Virus record (IMG/VR): IMGVR_UViG_3300037130_000236
Length of the DNA stretch: 64,000 nucleotides
Source: a virus
Strand: one strand, 5' to 3'
In this document: positions 35,965 to 44,856 of the stretch, in pieces
How positions within the stretch are numbered: position 1 is the stretch's first letter
Layout of the letters: each line of letters opens with the position of its first letter
The notes under the pieces: generated by a model
What the model saw: only the letters and a program-made list of their open reading frames with translations
What the model was told of the DNA's origin: nothing
Database searches by the model: none
Program-made: the position numbers and the translations under genes

Positions 35965-36881
35965 TTGGCCTTCGTGTCCTTGGTCAGCTTCTTGAAGTTG
36001 TAGACCCAGATCTTCGACTCAACGGCATTCGGCGGCAGTGGGAAAGTGATCCCGGCCTTAGCCTCGACGTTGGTCAGCATCGTGTGGACACTCTCCAGGT
36101 CGTTGCCCAGATCGCCGGCCTGAGGAAACAGGAAGGCGACGTACTGGCCCGTCACGATATCGACCACGATCTTGTAGAAACCCGTGGGCACATCCACTTG
36201 GTCGGTGCCGATCTTCTTGTCCGTGGCCACGTCATAGACTGGCCCGGCATAGATCAGATAGGTATGACCGCTCTCGTAGGCGCCGGCGCGAACCGCCGTC
36301 TCGAGCAGCTTCCACAACCCTCGGTTCAAACCCGGGCGCTGAGGCGTCATATTGGAGAGCATGAAGCTCTCCCGTTCCACATCCGGATCCCAGCGCATGT
36401 CGCCGTCCGGAGCAATGTGGCCCATATCGAATCCGCTGCCCACATAGTCAGCCGGCTTGGCGCGACCGCCCTCCGGAAGGGTATCGTCGGCAGCAAAGGC
36501 ATTGCTGCGCACTTCGCAGCCAACCGCATGTTCAGGCGTCAGGGTGTAAGACACCCACTCCGGAAGCTTGGCCACCTCATCGCTGTATACCAGATAGGCT
36601 CGCCGGCAAATGTAGGCGTGCGTACTGTCAGCCGTGAGCAATTCTCCCCTGATGGTCAGAGGTGTCCCATAGGGAACGAACTGATGACAGGAGCTGAGGG
36701 GCTGTTCTGGAGGAGCTGAGTAGACAGTGGGTGCCAAGATCAGGGCGACCATGGCAACGGCCACAGCAAAGCCAAGTCCGCGGCAGAGTCTCTTGACTTG
36801 GCTGAGGGCACATGGAAAAGCCTTCTCATGTCCACACTCAATGCACCGCAGCTTGGTGCGCTCGGGGGTAACGGGCTTCAT
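35952..36881 (-). CDS. DNA/RNA non-specific endonuclease (NucA/EndA-like) with an N-terminal TM segment
   Basis: YVGSGFDMGHIAP, SFMLSNMTPQ..GLN.G.WK.LE, IYAGPVY, VPTGFYKIV. Confidence 0.92.
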   Translation of the reverse strand: MKPVTPERTKLRCIECGHEKAFPCALSQVKRLCRGLGFAVAVAMVALILAPTVYSAPPEQPLSSCHQFVPYGTPLTIRGELLTADSTHAYICRRAYLVYSDEVAKLPEWVSYTLTPEHAVGCEVRSNAFAADDTLPEGGRAKPADYVGSGFDMGHIAPDGDMRWDPDVERESFMLSNMTPQRPGLNRGLWKLLETAVRAGAYESGHTYLIYAGPVYDVATDKKIGTDQVDVPTGFYKIVVDIVTGQYVAFLFPQAGDLGNDLESVHTMLTNVEAKAGITFPLPPNAVESKIWVYNFKKLTKDTKAKCHK

Positions 36882-36990
36882 GATGCCGCCACACACCCAT
36901 GGGGTTGGGATAAACCCGAAGATCTTCACACGACAATCGCAAACGAATGCGCTTCCAAGTTGCATTTGGCACTCACTTTCTGGTTCAAAT

Positions 36991-37031
36991 CTCCCGCCGG
37001 GAAAGGGTTCACCGGGCTAACCCGGCGGGAG
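36991..37031. other. Strong intergenic hairpin
   Basis: CTCCCGCCGGG / CCCGGCGGGAG perfect 11-bp inverted repeat. Confidence 0.6.
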
Positions 37032-37066
37032 GGGTGGCGTTGTCCTTGATCTTGGACGACCTGAGC

Positions 37067-37414
37067 TTACGCACCAGGACGGGATTCACAACCCGTATTC
37101 ACGCCCGCTTGTGGCTCCGGCTGCACCGGAACAAATTTGCTTCCCGACTCTCTCATCGCCGCGAGAATACGAGCAGCCCGTTCTGTATCAAAGCTCTCGG
37201 GACGGCCGTCGTAGCAGCCTGGAATTCTCCCCGTGCTTGCCCGATAGCAACGGCTTCTGATCTCGTCGGCCAATTTACGATCCGCTTCAGTCGGCGTCAC
37301 ATCGCATTTGAGACAGCGGTCGTTGACAATCTGATTGCAGCCGCAGCGATCGCAGAACGCATACCCATCAGCTCGATAGTTGATACCGTTCTTTAACGCA
37401 TACTCGTCCTGCAT
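37067..37414 (-). CDS. Hypothetical protein with CxxC pairs
   Basis: CDRCG...CLKC. Confidence 0.5.
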   Translation of the reverse strand: MQDEYALKNGINYRADGYAFCDRCGCNQIVNDRCLKCDVTPTEADRKLADEIRSRCYRASTGRIPGCYDGRPESFDTERAARILAAMRESGSKFVPVQPEPQAGVNTGCESRPGA

Positions 37415-37428
37415 TGTTTCTCCATTCA

Positions 37429-37559
37429 TGGTGGGGCAAGGAGGACTTGAACCTCCATGCAACGCCGGTCATGCAGCCCGGCTGCGCCTATCCTGCAGGG
37501 TTGAGCACTGTTGCGCCGGATTATCGGTCCGGTGTGTCTACCAGTTTCACCATCGCCCC
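37429..37559 (-). ncRNA. 131-nt tRNA-like RNA: Leu-type body, GAT anticodon, 59-nt variable region, CCA encoded
   Basis: GGGGCGA/TTGCCCC-A-CCA; GTG-AAACTGGTAGA-CAC D arm; CCGGA-CCGATAA-TCCGG; GGAGG-TTCAAGT-CCTCC. Confidence 0.82.
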
Positions 37560-38194
37560 ATTTGAGGAGCCGAGCCCAGAAGGCTTATTAGGCCAGCCCG
37601 GGCCCGGCTCCGAAGGTTCCGAAATTGGGTCACCTATCAAACCATCAGAGGGTTACACTGCGTTCGCCACCCACAATCGCCAGAATGCTGTGATTCACCG
37701 ATTAGCTCCATGCGCGCTATGAATTGACAGCTCACTTCCTGGGCCGTCCGAAGGCTTACCAGAGCGCGTACCACGGCTGGTTGGGGCATTCTCCCACCTC
37801 TGCTTCGTTGGTTCCGAAGAACCGATCTCGTGCCAGGGGACGGATTTGTCACCGTCATCTCTCCGGCGGATTAACGCGTCTCCGCAGGCCGCTCTACTTC
37901 TTGAGCTACTCCCGACTCAATACTTCAACCGGTGTGCTGTTACGCTAAAGAGTCCATGTCTCGCCTTACCAGGCCAGCCGCAGTTTGCGTAGCAAGAAAC
38001 GTGTCAACTGCGACCCGCGTGCCAATAGCGTTTGGCGTGAATGCAGCAATTCCCGGCGAGCAGCCGGCCTGCTTCATCTCTGCACCCCGAACTGCCACGC
38101 ATACCATTCCGATACGTCTCCGGCAGTCCCCGTGTCACGACTCACTCCTTGGAGGATGGCTGCTATCAAGCCAACCTTCCGGTTGAAGAACTTG

Positions 38195-38425
38195 TTAGGC
38201 CGCGGCGGTCAGCGTGACCGAACTGATGGGGGTCGGCGCCGAAGCGGCGGGCTTGGCTGCCTTGGTTGCCTTGGCGGGCTTCGCAGCGGTCGCCGGCGCG
38301 TTGGCGGCGATCTTCTGGCTGGCGATCGCGGTAAAGAAGTTCAGCGCGGTCTGGGTTTGCTCGACGGTTGCGGTTGCAATGTATTCCACCAGGTACTGCT
38401 CAAAGCTCTTGGCTTTCTTTGCCAT
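38195..38425 (-). CDS. Small Ala/Lys-rich (histone-like tail) protein
   Basis: AGAGG RBS; APATAAKPAKATKAAKPAA. Confidence 0.6.
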   Translation of the reverse strand: MAKKAKSFEQYLVEYIATATVEQTQTALNFFTAIASQKIAANAPATAAKPAKATKAAKPAASAPTPISSVTLTAAA

Positions 38426-39415
38426 TCGAATTCCTCTTTCGGTTGGGTTAATGATTGAGCCACACAGGACTGTTGTTCCTGTCTCTTTCACCGTGTTCAG
38501 GATCGAGACTGACGGGATCCATCCTGTGTGGTCCAGTCATGAGCGTTTTGTTCCGCCGGACTCGCTCCCACCGGTCTTAATGCCCGATCCGAGTGCTAGG
38601 TGAAGCCGTACAGCATGGCTTCACTGGCACTGCGTCGTAGGCATCTTTTGGGGCATCACGGTTGAACTCGTGACATCCTCCACCACCTGATGTGTTTCAT
38701 GGCATCAGGACCACTCCTTGGTTTTACTGGCCAAGAACAGGTCGCACCATCAGGGAAAACCCTTATGGCGTTTGATCTGCCGTCAGTTTGACAAGATCAG
38801 TTGAACTACCAAAGCTTCCATCGGCGTTTCCTTGCCTGAATCGACGCACAGCAGATTGGCCAATTACACGCAGAAGGTTTGCTGATATCCGCAACTCCAG
38901 GATTTCTCCTTGGAGCCTGCGGATTTCGGTTCCTAATCGTGTCATCATCTGTTCGTGACAATCTGCGCAAACAGCCCGTCGCATTCGTCTCGACGAGCAC
39001 TTTTGACATACGCACATGTTCATTGCCCTTGAATTGCGTTTTCCTGTTTTGGACAGCTGGATGACCGGGATTGGTCCCGGCGAGCGAAGGTTCGGAACAT
39101 GGTCCCCGACCAATTCGCCGCCGCGGAAAGTAAAGACGGGCGCACACCTGATCAGGCATGGCGGAGAGCCATCTCACGCGACACTTGTCTGGAAGTATGC
39201 TGCGCCGAATGGAGGCTTTGCCTCTGCCGGTCGGATAGACGCGGCAGCAAGGCGAAACCAATCTGGAAGACGGAGGGGAGTTGAGGAAGGGGTACCTGAT
39301 AAATAGCGTTGAAATGGGGCAAATAATGGCATTCTAAGGTCGGTAGAGGCCCAGCCGGGCACGCTGCGGGTTCTGAATATTGAACATGCTTTTTGTAGCT
39401 TCTAATAAGTGCCGA

Positions 39416-39766
39416 CTAAGCCGCCTTGTCCAGGTGCCTGACGAGCATCCGCTCCACCGACGCCACAGACTGATAGCCCGTGACCGTCTCGGCACGGCTG
39501 CCGCTCTTGAACAGGATCAGGGTAGGAATACCCCTGACACCATAAGCAATGGTCTGGCCCTGTTCTGCATCCACGTCGTACTCGACAACCTTTAGGTTGG
39601 AGTGCTTTTCGGCAACGGTGTCAACTACAGCTTTCAGTTGCTTGCAAGGACCGCACCAGGCGGCGGCGAAGAACACCAGAACCGCACCTGGGTAGTTGGT
39701 TACGTCGGCGCACCAGTCCTTGTCCGACGTCGGCATAATCTTCGTGAGCGAAGTCTTCACTGACAT
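39416..39766 (-). CDS. trxA: Thioredoxin
   Basis: FFAAAWCGPCK, VRGIPTLILFKSG. Confidence 0.95.
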   Translation of the reverse strand: MSVKTSLTKIMPTSDKDWCADVTNYPGAVLVFFAAAWCGPCKQLKAVVDTVAEKHSNLKVVEYDVDAEQGQTIAYGVRGIPTLILFKSGSRAETVTGYQSVASVERMLVRHLDKAA

Positions 39767-39921
39767 TGCGTTTCTCCTGACTATGAGTTCAGAACAGTTC
39801 ACCCGGTCCTGCGCACTGCAGTCCTTGCTCCTGCCTTTCTCAAGGAGGATCTCGCGCGGATGGCGTGGGCCTTGCCGGCCAATAGGCCGAATCTGTCTAT
39901 AGGGTGAAACACCTAGCCGTT

Positions 39922-40347
39922 TCAGTCTTCGGCAGGATGAGCGACTTGGTTGCCGTCTTCTCCCACTGACTGCTGGGCGTCTTCGTCCTCGTCCTCGCCG
40001 TCTTCCGGCTCTCTGCCGGCGCCGGGGTCCATGTTGAAGTCACACGGCCGGCACTCGTGGCCAGTTAGTGCCTGGAAGCTCTCCTGGATGTTGTCCATGG
40101 TTGCGGCCAGGTTCTTTCCGTCGAGGTCGCTGATTCCCTGTTGGGTCAGCAGGCAGTCGTTGTAGACCGTTTCCATCGTGGTGAGCGCGTTGTCGACCAG
40201 TTTCAACTCAGGAACTGCTGCGAACAACGCCTCAGCCATGGAAGAACAGTCGGCGTGCATAAAGGATCCGATGAACTGCAGGATCTTCTCAGCCAGCTTG
40301 TCGGAAACGACAACCGGCTCCGGTGGGACGATTTCAAACATAGACAT
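39922..40347 (-). CDS. Hypothetical protein with an acidic tail
   Basis: Tiles. Confidence 0.55.
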   Translation of the reverse strand: MSMFEIVPPEPVVVSDKLAEKILQFIGSFMHADCSSMAEALFAAVPELKLVDNALTTMETVYNDCLLTQQGISDLDGKNLAATMDNIQESFQALTGHECRPCDFNMDPGAGREPEDGEDEDEDAQQSVGEDGNQVAHPAED

Positions 40348-40364
40348 CGGGGCTTTCTCTTTCG

Positions 40365-40922
40365 TCAGGCGGCGATCGCATCCGTTTTCTTGCGGTCGAG
40401 ATAGAGCAAAGCGTTCGACAGCATGCAGCTGAACAGAACCGATTCCGCTCCTTTGTTGAACTGCATCACAGGGATGTTCAGAGCCTGGGCAATGCGGATT
40501 CCCTGTCCTGTTCCGCCACCACCATCTTCATTGGGAAAGGCAATCACCAAGTCGGCATGTTCGAGGATGCCGTAGTTTCTGGCGTGCAGTGAGCGTACCC
40601 CGGGTTTGAGGCGGCTTGCCGCCGGATGGTACTGGGTGACAGAGGCATACCAGTGAGGGTGCAGCCTTTCGGAAGCTACAACAATCTTCGCGCGGTCAGG
40701 AATGATCTCCCGGTTGTAGGAGGACCAGGGCAGATATACGTTCAGCTTCTCGGCAAGAGCGCCTTTCATGGCGGCCTCGTCGATGCCGTAGGCAGCGCCC
40801 GTGCTGATCGTGCAGTTGTGGTTGTGGCTCAACTCATAGGAAAGAAAGCGAGCCTTCCGTTCCTGCTGGTGGTCAGGGTTCCGGGTTCCGATGATGGCGA
40901 CAACTGGTTGTGCAAGAGACAA
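40365..40922 (-). CDS. SLOG-superfamily (DprA/YspA-like Rossmann) protein
   Basis: AIIGTRNP, STGAAYGIDEAA, ARNYGIL, GGGTGQGIRIA..LNIPV. Confidence 0.8.
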   Translation of the reverse strand: MSLAQPVVAIIGTRNPDHQQERKARFLSYELSHNHNCTISTGAAYGIDEAAMKGALAEKLNVYLPWSSYNREIIPDRAKIVVASERLHPHWYASVTQYHPAASRLKPGVRSLHARNYGILEHADLVIAFPNEDGGGGTGQGIRIAQALNIPVMQFNKGAESVLFSCMLSNALLYLDRKKTDAIAA

Positions 40923-40935
40923 GCGGAACTCCTTT

Positions 40936-41316
40936 TCAGGCGGCTTTGCGTCGGTCGAGGTAAGGCAGCCATTCCGTTGGAAAGATGATGTTCTGTGGCG
41001 CGCCCCGGAACATGGGAGCGATCTGGTGGTCCTTGTAGCCTGCCAACCCGCAGCCTATACGGGTCATTCGGAAGGTCAGGTCTGATCGAAGCTGGGCGAA
41101 TTCGAGGAAGTCGACAATCTTCTCCCGGATTATCTCCAGGGACAATGTCTTGGGTCGATCCGGCCAGGGAGTTGCATCCTTGGTTGGAAGAGCATAGGAC
41201 TGCCCTTGCAGTCCCTCGCCGCGGCCGTAGATCGCGCCCCAGCGTTTCTTGGCCTCAAGAGCAGCGCCGGCGCCGTGCCGGCCGGCGAGATTCGATCCAA
41301 AGACAAAGATCTCCAT
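40936..41316 (-). CDS. Phage macro-like domain protein (IFVFGSN family)
   Basis: IFVFGSNLAGRHGAGAA, GEGLQGQSYALPTK, TRIGCGLAG. Confidence 0.75.
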   Translation of the reverse strand: MEIFVFGSNLAGRHGAGAALEAKKRWGAIYGRGEGLQGQSYALPTKDATPWPDRPKTLSLEIIREKIVDFLEFAQLRSDLTFRMTRIGCGLAGYKDHQIAPMFRGAPQNIIFPTEWLPYLDRRKAA

Positions 41317-41552
41317 CAGAAATCCTCTTCTTCGTCTTCCTCGTCGTCATCGAAGTCCGACTCTTCTTCGAGATGGATGTTGTACTGCGAGACGGCTTCC
41401 AGCGCATCCTCGTAATCCAGGTCGTACTCGTCGCTGACTTCTTCAACCAGGTCGGAGTCGTCCAGGCCCGGATCTACATCGAGCAGATCGTCGAAGAAGT
41501 CGAAGAGTTCCTTGGCGTCGATGCCAACGACTGAATCTCCTTCAATGAACAC
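41316..41552 (-). CDS. Highly acidic small protein (possible DNA mimic)
   Basis: Very Asp/Glu-rich throughout. Confidence 0.55.
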   Translation of the reverse strand: MFIEGDSVVGIDAKELFDFFDDLLDVDPGLDDSDLVEEVSDEYDLDYEDALEAVSQYNIHLEEESDFDDDEEDEEEDF

Positions 41553-41554
41553 GG

Positions 41555-41761
41555 CTACACCTCCCGGTGCGATTTGATGTAAGAGTCTGCTTTCTCAAAA
41601 GTCACCAGGCACTCGTCCTGAAGAACGAAGACCAGTGCGCGGTGTGCGGTGTTGGGTTCTCGGTCCAGGACCGCTTTCATTGTCGAGGCCAGATCCTGCT
41701 CGATTTCCTGCTCTGCCATGCTGATGTACCCAGCAGCGATCGTGGCGTGCGATGCGGACAT
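41555..41761 (-). CDS. Small hypothetical protein
   Basis: Tiles. Confidence 0.5.
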   Translation of the reverse strand: MSASHATIAAGYISMAEQEIEQDLASTMKAVLDREPNTAHRALVFVLQDECLVTFEKADSYIKSHREV

Positions 41762-41762
41762 A

Positions 41763-42095
41763 TCAGTTCCCCCGGTAGAATGAGCGTAACCACTTCAGGT
41801 ACAAGGACCAAAGGGCCAGCGTGGCTAGCAGACCTACTGGAAAGAGAACCCAGACCAACAAGCACGTCAGAAAGATCATTCCGATGAATGTCGCCGGGCC
41901 AACAATCAACCCGGCAAGGAATGTCTGGATCGCCAGATTCTTCTGGTCGATCCGATTGATCTCTTCCTCTGTGAAGCCGGCCTGCCGGGCCAGTTGACGG
42001 CGTTGTTCTGCCTTAGCCAGACCTCGCACGATCCAGATAAAACCCAGGACCAGCACTATAAAGACGAAGGAACCCATAGCGCCCTCCGATAGCAT
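41763..42095 (-). CDS. Membrane protein (3 hydrophobic segments)
   Basis: Hydrophobic helices. Confidence 0.6.
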   Translation of the reverse strand: MLSEGAMGSFVFIVLVLGFIWIVRGLAKAEQRRQLARQAGFTEEEINRIDQKNLAIQTFLAGLIVGPATFIGMIFLTCLLVWVLFPVGLLATLALWSLYLKWLRSFYRGN

Positions 42096-42178
42096 TCCGT
42101 GTGTGATGCACCGTGAGTTACCTCTTCCATCCTGCGGCCGCGATCAACGCGTACTTGGTCCGCATCATTTGTTCTTGG

Positions 42179-42913
42179 TCACGAAGCTCTTGCGAGCTGG
42201 CCTTTTTGAATCTGATGGTGAACCACACGCCTGGTCCAGCCGAGGAATTCGTCCACAGTCAAAGTGCTTTTAGCGATGTTGCACACAGAGCAAGCTGAAA
42301 CACAGTTTCCTGACACATACCCGACGTCGCTGTTCAAGCGGTCGATACCGTTCATCGGATACATTTTCTTTGTCTTGTATTTCTTGCGCTTGAACGCCTG
42401 ACCTTCCTCCGGCGTAGCCCCACAGTAGTAACAGTCTCCAAAGATGAGCTTCTTAACTTCATGCTCTGTGAGGCTGAATCCAAGGCCTCGGTGCGCTGCC
42501 GACGTTGGTAGCACTGACATGGCCCGGACCATGCACTTGCTTTCGACAGATACTCCGCGGCACTTACAGGACTTCATCTTGCCGGCAATGAGGTCGAAGG
42601 TCTGGGCTACGACCATCTTGCCGCATACGCATTCACACTTCCAGCGAACCTGCCGAGTATTGGTGACACGCAGGAACCGGCGAACTGCCAGAAAGCCGAA
42701 GACCTGGCCGATCTTGACCTGAGCGCTCTCGTTACAACCACATGAGGTCTTCTTGCCCGCTACCAACGAATCTGAACGAACGTCGATCCTGTTGCCGCAG
42801 TTGCAAACGCAGTGATAGTAGCCATGATCACCTTTCGTGCAGCGACTGAGGGCTTTGAGGAGCCCGAACTGCTGTCCGCTCAGATTCACCAAACTAGGAA
42901 TTACCGCCTCCAA
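42179..42913 (-). CDS. HNH homing-endonuclease-like protein, copy 1 (two CxCxCG...SC repeats)
   Basis: CYYCG, GIDRLNS..GY..GNCV.AC.VCN.AK. Confidence 0.85.
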   Translation of the reverse strand: MEAVIPSLVNLSGQQFGLLKALSRCTKGDHGYYHCVCNCGNRIDVRSDSLVAGKKTSCGCNESAQVKIGQVFGFLAVRRFLRVTNTRQVRWKCECVCGKMVVAQTFDLIAGKMKSCKCRGVSVESKCMVRAMSVLPTSAAHRGLGFSLTEHEVKKLIFGDCYYCGATPEEGQAFKRKKYKTKKMYPMNGIDRLNSDVGYVSGNCVSACSVCNIAKSTLTVDEFLGWTRRVVHHQIQKGQLARAS

Positions 42914-44565
42914 CCAGCCGAACTGATGAGCTTGTACTTGATTCGCGTTGTCTCCTCCGGATCAGCTCCGGCCAAACTCTCCGCATACATGAGCAAGCCT
43001 GCTTCGGTTGGGCCTTTGCCTTCATGGAAATCCATGAAGACACCGGCCCGCGGTGCTCCGCGGTCGGTTATCTCTTGCACTCGAATCTTGACGACGGCTC
43101 CGACCACGTTCTCTCGGTGAGTCCAGATCCATTCACGCCTCTCATCCGTGATTGCGAATGAGCCGACCTCTCCGAGTGCTCCGTTTTCCGGATTCCGAAC
43201 AACCAGTCGCCCGACCGAATCGCTGTACTTGCCCGTACCCGGCAGCACTTCAACCAATTCCAGGTCAGCGAAGTCAACCTGTTTGACCTTGAACCACGTT
43301 CCGCCAGCGGGATCTCCGGCTGCTTTGACGACAACACCTTCGCCAAAAGGTAGCGGAAGAGAAACAATCTCGTTGTAGAAAGCAATTGGATCCTCCCCAC
43401 GTTTGCAGGCACGGACCATATTCCAGTTGCTGTTGAAGAACCTGATCTCATCTATGACCTTCTCAGCCAGGTACCGGCGCTGGACATAGGGCAAACCACT
43501 TACGTCCTTGCCCTTGTACTTGACCAAGTCCCAGCAGTGAGCGGTCGCTGGGCCACGAAGTCGCTGGATCTCCTGCGCGCGCTCAGGAAGCGCGTTCAAG
43601 ATGCCAGCCACGCGGCCAACGCCATCGGGATGGTAGAGTTCGACCTTGCCGACGGTTCCTTCCAGGTCGGGATAAGGCATCAGCTTGCGAGATGTGAAGA
43701 ACCGGGAGTGGTTGTGCAGATCCTCGAGCTGAGGAATCCGGTCGTAATAGGTCTCTCCTGTTGGCCGGTGCGAATGAAATACAGCACGGCCCTTGCCGAT
43801 GGTGAAGTTGGCAAGCGAGCCATCGAGCTTATGCTCGATGACCCACTGCTGTGAAGGTTGGGCGGGGACAATGACGTCCTTGACGCGGCGCTCGGCAAAG
43901 CCAATAGCAGCCTTCGTGTTATCCCGCCCGACTTGTTCCAGGAACTCTTTGGGCCTGAGAGAGTAGGAGGGTTTTTCCAACGCCAGGCCGTCGTCGTTCA
44001 TGGGAATTACGATCACGCCCTTCTCGGTCGTGATGAATGCGTACCGGCCTTTGTAATCGCCACGGGGAATGTTCAGTTCCCACTGCTCTGTGCCAGGAGG
44101 CACATCGGCGACAACCAGGTCGAAATGAGGGCCGGCTTTGTCAGCCTCATGGAAGTGGTAGTTCATCCGGGACAAGAACATCTTGGTCCCGATCTTCACG
44201 GCCACGGTCTCGTCGGCTAAGAGGGTCTTGGTTCCCTTGCCATAGCCGGACGCGATGACTCCGCTGAAACCATCAACAGTATGCGGTTCGTTCTCGATGG
44301 CGAGAACGCGCGAGCTGACTTTTGGCAGCCCTTTTGGGAGAGTGTATTTAGCACCTGATTGAACAGGTGCCAAGCCCCCAAGGATAGCTCCATCAACCGT
44401 TCTGACATTCCAGAGGTTCCTCGTAATCCAGCGGCTCGGGGTACGCCCAAGCGCGCGTGTGACTGCACTGCTGGTGCTGGGGAGAACAACGGCACTCAGC
44501 ACATCCAATGCGTTCTCCTGGCCCCAAAGAATGGCGGCACGGGCCAACGTTCTGATAAAGCCCAT
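42901..44565 (-). CDS. ATP-dependent DNA ligase fused to a LigD-type 3'-phosphoesterase-like domain
   Basis: HFHEADKAGPHFDL (PE-like H..H.D), EHKLDGS, CWDL, EGVVVK, WFKVK, GTGKYSDSVGRL OB. Confidence 0.8.
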   Translation of the reverse strand: MGFIRTLARAAILWGQENALDVLSAVVLPSTSSAVTRALGRTPSRWITRNLWNVRTVDGAILGGLAPVQSGAKYTLPKGLPKVSSRVLAIENEPHTVDGFSGVIASGYGKGTKTLLADETVAVKIGTKMFLSRMNYHFHEADKAGPHFDLVVADVPPGTEQWELNIPRGDYKGRYAFITTEKGVIVIPMNDDGLALEKPSYSLRPKEFLEQVGRDNTKAAIGFAERRVKDVIVPAQPSQQWVIEHKLDGSLANFTIGKGRAVFHSHRPTGETYYDRIPQLEDLHNHSRFFTSRKLMPYPDLEGTVGKVELYHPDGVGRVAGILNALPERAQEIQRLRGPATAHCWDLVKYKGKDVSGLPYVQRRYLAEKVIDEIRFFNSNWNMVRACKRGEDPIAFYNEIVSLPLPFGEGVVVKAAGDPAGGTWFKVKQVDFADLELVEVLPGTGKYSDSVGRLVVRNPENGALGEVGSFAITDERREWIWTHRENVVGAVVKIRVQEITDRGAPRAGVFMDFHEGKGPTEAGLLMYAESLAGADPEETTRIKYKLISSAGWRR

Positions 44566-44577
44566 ACGCCCTCCGGT

Positions 44578-44856
44578 TTAGTAATCGTGCGTTCCGATGT
44601 CCATCAGGCCAATGCAGGGATCGGTGTTGTGATGGAAGATTGAATCTGCTTCCGGCGGTTCGCCGAGTTCCTTGTGAAGCGCCTTGGCCGCGGCAATCGC
44701 AGCCTCCGTCACCTGTGTTGCGTTCGGCTTCGAATCAAATTCCAGCGATTCCAGCTCAAGCACATCGGACTTTAAGCCATCGGGATGGACATCCAGAAGC
44801 TTGATGAAGAGGATGAACATGGTCAGTCCTGCTCGATCTTGGAACGATTCCTCCAA
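44578..44856 (-). CDS. Small hypothetical protein
   Basis: Tiles; start uncertain. Confidence 0.45.
   Translation of the reverse strand: MEESFQDRAGLTMFILFIKLLDVHPDGLKSDVLELESLEFDSKPNATQVTEAAIAAAKALHKELGEPPEADSIFHHNTDPCIGLMDIGTHDY

Noticed and set aside
32520-37559. Group I intron explanation for the oversized tRNAs
   Set aside because: The inserts are only about 60-66 nt, lie in the variable region rather than the anticodon loop, and show no recognisable P7 core. Splicing still needs an experimental check.
38763-39410. ORFs on both strands between the hairpin leader and thioredoxin
   Set aside because: No motif or clear RBS and conflicting frames; cannot be called coding or ncRNA from sequence alone.
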